A DNA stretch of 64,000 nt, from positions 3,348 through 67,347 of the forward strand of contig CALWIK010000018.1 in NCBI GenBank assembly GCA_944380725.1, in the 5' to 3' direction. Made by a program: the position numbers and the translations under genes. Positions within the stretch are counted from its first letter, which is position 1. Every line of letters starts with the position of its first letter. The notes under the pieces were generated by a model. That model saw only the letters and a list, made by a program, of their open reading frames with translations. It was not told where the DNA came from and did not search any database. Source of the DNA: an uncultured Clostridia bacterium. GTDB taxonomy: Bacteria > Bacillota > Clostridia > Oscillospirales > Acutalibacteraceae. This document shows positions 58,345 through 64,000 of the stretch, piece by piece.

Positions 58345-58363
58345 TAAAACGGAGGAATAATCG

Positions 58364-58600
58364 TTGAAAAATTTGCTTCTTGTTATTGCAAAAGGGTTGG
58401 TTAAAAATCCGGAAGACGTAAGGGTGGATGTTGAACAGCCTAATGAAAAAGGAGTAGTAGTTTATCGACTTTATGTAGCACAGAGCGATGTTGGCAGAGT
58501 TATAGGCAAACAAGGGCGTATAGCTAAGGCTATTCGAATGGTTATGCGCTCGGCTGCAAGCAGAAAAAGGTGTAAAGTTGCAGTGGAAATAGCTGAATGA
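58364..58600 (+). CDS. KH-domain RNA-binding protein (YlqC-like)
   Basis: VAQSDVGRVIGKQGRIAKAIR has the GxxG KH motif. TTG start follows GGAGG. Confidence 0.85.
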   Translation: MKNLLLVIAKGLVKNPEDVRVDVEQPNEKGVVVYRLYVAQSDVGRVIGKQGRIAKAIRMVMRSAASRKRCKVAVEIAE

Positions 58601-58650
58601 CTTTATATATTTTGCTAAGTTTTGGATAAATTGGAGAGGGTTAATATTTT

Positions 58651-59073
58651 ATGATCCGCGCAGGAACTGTTGATGACTGCTTTGAAGTATATTCTATAAT
58701 TTGTGAGATTGAAGACTATGCACTTAGCTATGATATTTTTAAAAGACTTTATAAAAAAATAATTGCTAGCGATTCTTATAAGGTTCTTGTTTATGTAGAT
58801 GACAAACAAATTGTTGGAGTAATTACGCTAAGATTAGAATGGCAGTTGCATCATTGTGCAAAAATTGCCGAAATTATAGAATGTGCTGTAAAAAAAGGTT
58901 ATCGTTCTGGTGGAAAAGGAAGCTTACTTTTTGAATTCGCTTGTAAACTAGCCAAAAATCAAAATTGTTTTCAAGTTGAGGTAGCTTCTAATTGTAAGCG
59001 AATTCGTGCACATAAATTTTATAAAAAATTAGGAATTAACAAGACTCACTATAAGTTTTGTAAGCCTATTTAA
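58651..59073 (+). CDS. GNAT family N-acetyltransferase
   Basis: The acetyl-CoA binding stretch VKKGYRSGGKGSLLFEFACKLA fits the GNAT motif A pattern. It interrupts the usual KH-rimM adjacency. Confidence 0.75.
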   Translation: MIRAGTVDDCFEVYSIICEIEDYALSYDIFKRLYKKIIASDSYKVLVYVDDKQIVGVITLRLEWQLHHCAKIAEIIECAVKKGYRSGGKGSLLFEFACKLAKNQNCFQVEVASNCKRIRAHKFYKKLGINKTHYKFCKPI

Positions 59074-59109
59074 GATCCGCTTTTATTGGAATTCATTTTA
59101 TTTTTAGAA

Positions 59110-59136
59110 AAGGACGTATAAATAGTGCGTCCTTTT
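59110..59136 (+). terminator. intrinsic terminator after the GNAT gene
   Basis: AAGGACG (59110-59116) / CGTCCTT (59128-59134) running into TTTT. Confidence 0.55.
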
Positions 59137-59167
59137 ATGCTTAAGAAACAGAAATGGAGGCACTTTA

Positions 59168-59680
59168 TTGAAAAAAAAATTTTTAGAAGTAGGAAAGATA
59201 GTATCGACCCACGGCTTAAAAGGAGAGATAAAAGTTGAGCCTTGGTGCAATAACAGTCATTTTTTATGTAAGTTTGCGGAATTATATTTTGATAAATACG
59301 GACATCAAAAAATAAAAATTTTGTATGCAAGAGCTCATAAAAATATTGTTTTGATTAAACTGGAAGGTATCGATTCTATAGAACAGGCAGAAAAATTACG
59401 AGGAAAAATTTTGTTTATCAATAGAAAAGATATAGAATTGCCTGAAGGAGAATATTTTATTGAAGAAATTTTGGGAATGAATGTTTTCAACAATGATACA
59501 AATTTTTGTTATGGTAAGATTACTGATATACTTAAGACCGGTGCAAATGATGTATATCAGATTACAAATGAGGTAAAAAAGAATTATCTTGTGCCGGCAA
59601 TAAAAGATGTCATTTGCCGGATAGATATAGAAAATAATTTGATGATGATACGTCCTTTGAAGGGGCTTTTTGATGATTAG
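59168..59680 (+). CDS. rimM: 16S rRNA processing protein RimM
   Basis: VGKIVSTHGLKGEIKV and a PRC barrel C-terminus. TTG start follows GGAGG. Confidence 0.9.
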   Translation: MKKKFLEVGKIVSTHGLKGEIKVEPWCNNSHFLCKFAELYFDKYGHQKIKILYARAHKNIVLIKLEGIDSIEQAEKLRGKILFINRKDIELPEGEYFIEEILGMNVFNNDTNFCYGKITDILKTGANDVYQITNEVKKNYLVPAIKDVICRIDIENNLMMIRPLKGLFDD

Positions 59681-60389
59681 GATAGATATTTTAACGCTAT
59701 TTCCTGAAATGTGCAAAGTAGTAATGAATGAGAGCATTATAGGGCGAGCACAAAAGAAAGGCGTTGTTAGGGTTGAATGTCACCAAATTCGAGACTATGC
59801 ATATGATAAGCATAACCGAGTGGATGATACTGTTTATGGTCCTGGCAAGGGTATGTTGATGATGGCTGAGCCTATTGCCCTGTGTTTTGAGGATCTATGC
59901 ACAAAATTGCGTAAAAAGCCAAAACTTATATATATGTCTGCACAAGGAAAAATTTTAACTCAAAAAAAAGTGAAGGATCTATCGCAAGAAAGCAATATTG
60001 CAATTCTCTGTGGTCATTATGAAGGTGTAGATGAACGGTTTATTGAGGAATTTGTTGATGAAGAAATATCTTTAGGAGACTACGTTTTAACAGGAGGAGA
60101 ATTGCCTGCACTAATTTTGGCAGATGCGATTATAAGGATGATTCCTGGCGTTTTGTCAGATGAGATCTGCTTTAAAGAAGAGAGCTATTATAATGGACTT
60201 TTAGAATATCCTCAATATACAAAGCCAGCAGTTTGGAGAGGAAAAAAAGTTCCAGAAGTTTTACTGTCTGGACATCACGAAAATATAGAAAAATGGCGTC
60301 AAAAACAGTCTTTATTAAGAACAAAACAAAGAAGACCAGATTTATTTGAAAAATATAAAATATCTCTAGAAGAAGAAAAACTTTTATAA
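59670..60389 (+). CDS. trmD: tRNA (guanine37-N1)-methyltransferase
   Basis: IDILTLFPEM, CGHYEGVDER and VLTGGELPA. It overlaps rimM by 11 nt. Confidence 0.94.
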   Translation: MMIRIDILTLFPEMCKVVMNESIIGRAQKKGVVRVECHQIRDYAYDKHNRVDDTVYGPGKGMLMMAEPIALCFEDLCTKLRKKPKLIYMSAQGKILTQKKVKDLSQESNIAILCGHYEGVDERFIEEFVDEEISLGDYVLTGGELPALILADAIIRMIPGVLSDEICFKEESYYNGLLEYPQYTKPAVWRGKKVPEVLLSGHHENIEKWRQKQSLLRTKQRRPDLFEKYKISLEEEKLL

Positions 60390-60520
60390 ACAAATTAACT
60401 AAACTTGGAAAGTATTATTTTTATATAATTTAAATTTATTTTGTCACAGCAAAGTATACAATAAACACATATGAAGACATATTAATCTTCGTGCATAACA
60501 CTAAATTTGATTATTTGTTA

Positions 60521-60548
60521 TTGACGATATTATTAATTATGCTATAAT
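60521..60548 (+). promoter_or_regulatory. promoter of ptsH
   Basis: TTGACG (60521-60526), 16 nt, TGcTATAAT (extended -10; -10 at 60543-60548). Confidence 0.55.
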
Positions 60549-60612
60549 GAATAATAGGATGATTTTTATAGAATCTTGTCGGGTCATAAATTAAAAACAG
60601 GAGTGGTCTTTT

Positions 60613-60876
60613 ATGTATGTAAAAGAAGTCGTCGTCCGCAATCAAGTTGGCTTACATGCGCGCCCTGCTACTTTTTTTATCCAAAAGGCTAACGAGTTTA
60701 AGTCTTTAATCTTAATAGAAAAAGACGATCGTAGAGTTAATGCTAAAAGTTTGTTAGGAGTGTTATCTTTGGGTATTGAAGGCGGAACTAAAATAAAAAT
60801 TTTAGCCGATGGCCCTGATGATAAAGATGCTGTTACCAAACTTGTAGATTTAATTGAATCTGGATTTGTGGATTAA
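60613..60876 (+). CDS. ptsH: phosphocarrier protein HPr
   Basis: GLHARPA (His15) and NAKSLLGVLSLG (Ser46 region). Confidence 0.92.
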   Translation: MYVKEVVVRNQVGLHARPATFFIQKANEFKSLILIEKDDRRVNAKSLLGVLSLGIEGGTKIKILADGPDDKDAVTKLVDLIESGFVD

Positions 60877-60913
60877 TTATCTTTTTTGGAAATAATAAAT
60901 TTAGACGACTTTG

Positions 60914-60936
60914 GCACCGATTCTCGGTGCTTTTTC
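60914..60936 (+). terminator. intrinsic terminator after ptsH
   Basis: GCACCGA-TTC-TCGGTGC followed by TTTTT. Confidence 0.75.
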
Positions 60937-60954
60937 TTTGTGAGGTGAGTTTGA

Positions 60955-62796
60955 TTGGATGAAAAGATAAAAGCTTTAAGAAATAAAGCTATAAATTTAC
61001 CTGTAAATCCTGGAGTTTATATCATGAAGGATATAAGTGAAAAAATAATATACATAGGTAAAGCAAAGTCCTTAAAAGACCGAGTAAGCCAGTATTTTGG
61101 CTCTCAAAAAAATCACGAAGAAAAAGTTAGAAAAATGGTTTCTAACGTTAACGATTTTGACTATATTTTAACCGACAGCGAGTTTGAAGCATTGGTTTTA
61201 GAATGTAGCTTAATAAAGCAATATCGGCCTAAATATAATATTCTTTTAAAAGATGATAAAGGATATAATTATATAAAAATAACTAACGAAAAATGGCCTA
61301 GAATTTACGAATCCAAGCAAATTATAGACGATGGTTCAACTTATATTGGACCATATACTAGTTCGGCTTATGTAACAAAAGCTATTGATGAGGCTCTAAA
61401 TATCTTTAAGCTACCGCGGTGCAGAAAGGATTTCTCTAAAGAAAAAAAATTTAATAATAGAGCTTGTTTAAATTATTATATAAACCAATGCAGTGCACCA
61501 TGTATTGGAAAGATAACCCATGAAGACTATATGGAGAACATTAGCGATGCTATTGATTTTTTAAAGGGAGGCGATACAACTTCTTTAAAAGTTTTAAATA
61601 AAAAAATGCAAAAATTTTCAGAAAAGCTGGAGTATGAAAAAGCAGCAAAAGTAAGAGATAAAATTATTGCATTAAAAAAAATTTCTGAACGGCAAAAGGT
61701 AGTTTCTACAAAAGGCAAAACACAGGATATAATTGCTTTGGTGCAAGCCGGCGGAATGTCTAGCATAGAAGTTTTTCGATTTTTAAACGGCAAGCTCTGC
61801 GACAGAGATAATTATATTTTTAAAGAAGTGGGCAATGCGGAGATAGTTCGTTCTGAATTTATTATTCAGTATTATATGAAAAAGGATGATATTCCTAAAA
61901 TTATTCTTCTGGATGGTCTTGTGGATGCGAAAGACAGCGTAGAAAAATATCTAACTAAAAAATATGGAAAAAAAGTAAGTATAATAATTCCTAAAAAAGG
62001 CGATTCGTTAAAATTAGTAGAAATGTGCAGAAATAATGCGGCTGAACGAATTTCTCAGCGACTTGGTAGAACATTCAAAGAAACAGCAGCCCTCGATGAA
62101 CTTGCAAAAATACTCTCTTTGCCCTCTACACCAATATATATTGAAGCTTATGATATCTCTAACCTATCAGGAAGTGACAACGTGGCTGGAATGGTAGTTT
62201 TTAAAAATGGGCGGCCATTAAAGTCGGCGTACAAAAAGTTTTCAATAAAGACAATTGTAGGGCAGGATGATTACGGATCTATGTGTGAGGTTATTTCTCG
62301 CAGGCTAGATAGATATGAAACCGCTACCGAAGCAACATCTAATGGATTTGAAAGGTTACCTGATCTTATTTTGTTAGATGGCGGAAAAGGTCATGTTAAT
62401 GCAGTAAAAAATATATTGCAGAACCGCGGATATGATATTCCGATTTACGGCATGGTAAAAGACGATAAACACCGTACCCGAGCTATAGCTAAAGATGGTG
62501 GAGAAATCACAATAAATTCGAATCGAGCTACGTTTACACTAATATCTGCCATTCAGGAGGAAGTGCATAGATTTGCAATTGGATATCACAGACAAAAGCG
62601 AAAAATAAATACTTTAGATACAATTTTTAAAAAAATTTCTGGAATTGGTAATAAAAAAGCTAAATCTTTGCTCCTCTACTTTAAAACTATCGAAAAAATA
62701 AAAAATGCAAGCCTAGAAGATTTAATGAAAGTTCCCGGAATAAATCGGCATTTGGCAATTAATGTCCAAGAATATTTTAGAAAAAATAAATCCTAA
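60955..62796 (+). CDS. uvrC: excinuclease ABC subunit C
   Basis: GIY-YIG N-terminus (PGVYIMKD...IIYIGKAKSLKDR), a UVR domain and a C-terminal HhH. TTG start follows GAGGTGA. Confidence 0.94.
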   Translation: MDEKIKALRNKAINLPVNPGVYIMKDISEKIIYIGKAKSLKDRVSQYFGSQKNHEEKVRKMVSNVNDFDYILTDSEFEALVLECSLIKQYRPKYNILLKDDKGYNYIKITNEKWPRIYESKQIIDDGSTYIGPYTSSAYVTKAIDEALNIFKLPRCRKDFSKEKKFNNRACLNYYINQCSAPCIGKITHEDYMENISDAIDFLKGGDTTSLKVLNKKMQKFSEKLEYEKAAKVRDKIIALKKISERQKVVSTKGKTQDIIALVQAGGMSSIEVFRFLNGKLCDRDNYIFKEVGNAEIVRSEFIIQYYMKKDDIPKIILLDGLVDAKDSVEKYLTKKYGKKVSIIIPKKGDSLKLVEMCRNNAAERISQRLGRTFKETAALDELAKILSLPSTPIYIEAYDISNLSGSDNVAGMVVFKNGRPLKSAYKKFSIKTIVGQDDYGSMCEVISRRLDRYETATEATSNGFERLPDLILLDGGKGHVNAVKNILQNRGYDIPIYGMVKDDKHRTRAIAKDGGEITINSNRATFTLISAIQEEVHRFAIGYHRQKRKINTLDTIFKKISGIGNKKAKSLLLYFKTIEKIKNASLEDLMKVPGINRHLAINVQEYFRKNKS

Positions 62797-62911
62797 AATA
62801 TCTAATTTTATAACATAAAATTATCTTTATCATAATAAAAATTAAAAACTATTGACAAAGAGTGGCAAAATATTGCATAATATAAATGGCTTTTTAGGAG
62901 GTCCTTTTTAT

Positions 62912-63451
62912 ATGCGAGTGATATCTGGACAAAAAAAAGGCAAAAAGTTAGCAAGACCTAAAGTTGATTCCATTAGACCAACCACAGATAAAGTGAAAGA
63001 ATCGATATTTAATATTATTCAGTTTGAGTTGATGAATTCCGACTTTTTAGACTTATTTGCAGGATCTGGTCAAATTGGTATAGAGGCTTTGAGTCGAGGA
63101 GCTAAAAGAACAACTTTTATTGACAAAAATAAAATTTCAATAAATATTATAAAAAAAAATTTGAACGCAGCTGATTTAGCTAAAGAAGCAACAGTAATTA
63201 ATATGGATTCAATTGCTTTTTTAAAAACTTCAAAAAACTTATTCGATATCGCTTTTTTAGATCCACCGTATAATTCTGAGGTCCTAAACTCTGCTATGTT
63301 TTACGTTCAGCAAATTATGAAGAAAAATGGAATTATTATATGTGAACATCTTTTATCAGTAAAAATGCCTGATAAAGTTAATAATTTTTTATTATCTAAA
63401 ATGTATAAATACGGAAAAATTGCAATTAGTGTTTATAGAAGGAGTCTTTAA
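62912..63451 (+). CDS. rsmD: 16S rRNA (guanine966-N2)-methyltransferase RsmD
   Basis: MRVISGQKKGKKL, DLFAGSGQIGIEALSRGA and DPPY. ATG at 62912 follows AGGAGG. Confidence 0.9.
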   Translation: MRVISGQKKGKKLARPKVDSIRPTTDKVKESIFNIIQFELMNSDFLDLFAGSGQIGIEALSRGAKRTTFIDKNKISINIIKKNLNAADLAKEATVINMDSIAFLKTSKNLFDIAFLDPPYNSEVLNSAMFYVQQIMKKNGIIICEHLLSVKMPDKVNNFLLSKMYKYGKIAISVYRRSL

Positions 63452-63522
63452 AATTATAAGATAAAAAATTAACTTTTTAAAGTTATTTTTATATAAGGTT
63501 AACATAAAAGGAGGAAGTTTGC

Positions 63523-63972
63523 GTGAGGGTTGAAGAGATATTAGAAGAACTAGAAAATCTAGTTAAAGAGGCCTGGACATTGCCTCTTACTGGAGGAAAA
63601 GGTGTTGTTAATCTTGCACGAGTAAACGAACTTATAAATGAAATCCGTGATGAATTCCCTAATGAGCTTAGACAAGCTAAAGCAATAATTGCTGACCGAT
63701 CACAAATTATTAGAGAAGCCAAAGATGAATCGGCAACGATAATTGCTTCTGCCGAAAAGAAAGCAAAACTTATGATTGATCGCGATGAAATAGTTAAGCA
63801 AGCGCAAAAAAATGCCGAAGAAATAATACTAGAGGCTAAAATTAAGTCTAAAGAAATAAAGCACGCAGCTAATGAATATGTTGAGAATATGATAAAACGT
63901 ACGGATGAAACGTTAACGGACGCTGTTTCCGAATTACGTAGAACGAGGCAAAATTTAAAAAATAATTCATAA
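63523..63972 (+). CDS. conserved charged coiled-coil protein (often annotated ATPase or V-ATPase subunit-H-like in Clostridia)
   Basis: GTG start lies 9 nt after AGGAGG. The sequence is Glu/Lys-rich and helical (EILEELENLVKEAWTLPLTGGK...). I preferred it to the antisense 167-aa low-complexity ORF. Confidence 0.6.
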   Translation: MRVEEILEELENLVKEAWTLPLTGGKGVVNLARVNELINEIRDEFPNELRQAKAIIADRSQIIREAKDESATIIASAEKKAKLMIDRDEIVKQAQKNAEEIILEAKIKSKEIKHAANEYVENMIKRTDETLTDAVSELRRTRQNLKNNS

Positions 63973-64000
63973 TTATTTTTTAAATAAAGCAATTACCTAA

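Noticed and set aside
63489-63992. Minus-strand 167-aa ORF opposite the coiled-coil gene
   Set aside because: It is a low-complexity Ser/Ile/Phe-rich translation with no SD. The plus-strand frame has AGGAGG-9-GTG and a coherent charged helical sequence.

Overview
This is an AT-rich chromosomal segment that looks like a spore-forming, Clostridia-type Firmicute. I see no rRNA, CRISPR array, intact IS element or recognisable defence island. Almost all of the window is housekeeping.

Genes in order:
- thiXYZ-like HMP salvage transporter behind a TPP riboswitch
- a GGGtGRT/NifU-like pair, then uppP
- the SCIFF ranthipeptide pair, whose 45-aa precursor is missing from the ORF track
- yajC-tgt-queA, asd-dapA-dapB, pgk-tpiA, metG, tatD
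- ftsH-tilS-dnaB-rplI-gdpP-rnj
- rnhA, nifS-nifU, hisS, mgsA
- mreBCD with PBP2, dut
- sporulation genes spmAB, ylbJ, yqfCD, plus abrB
- ybeY-era-yqzL-recO, mutS2
- ylxM-ffh-rpsP-KH-rimM-trmD, ptsH, uvrC, rsmD
- tRNA-Trp(CCA) and tRNA-Arg(ACG)

Several operons conserved in Bacillus and Clostridium lack their usual members (hpt, phoH/pgpH, dgkA/cdd, rplS, coaD), which suggests a streamlined genome.

Nothing here is a convincing new multi-gene system. The parts most worth a second look are:
- four GC-rich structured islands in otherwise AT-rich intergenic DNA: 4215-4338 behind the TPP riboswitch, 6386-6492 in the uppP leader, 19376-19465 between pgk and tpiA, and 43681-43766 after dut
- the uncharacterised GGGtGRT plus NifU-like two-gene module
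- a small divergent pair of ribbon-helix-helix-like genes with operator repeats at 55576-56100
- a decayed region next to tRNA-Trp that holds a truncated Mn-catalase

All protein identifications come from motif and family recognition by eye. No database search was run.
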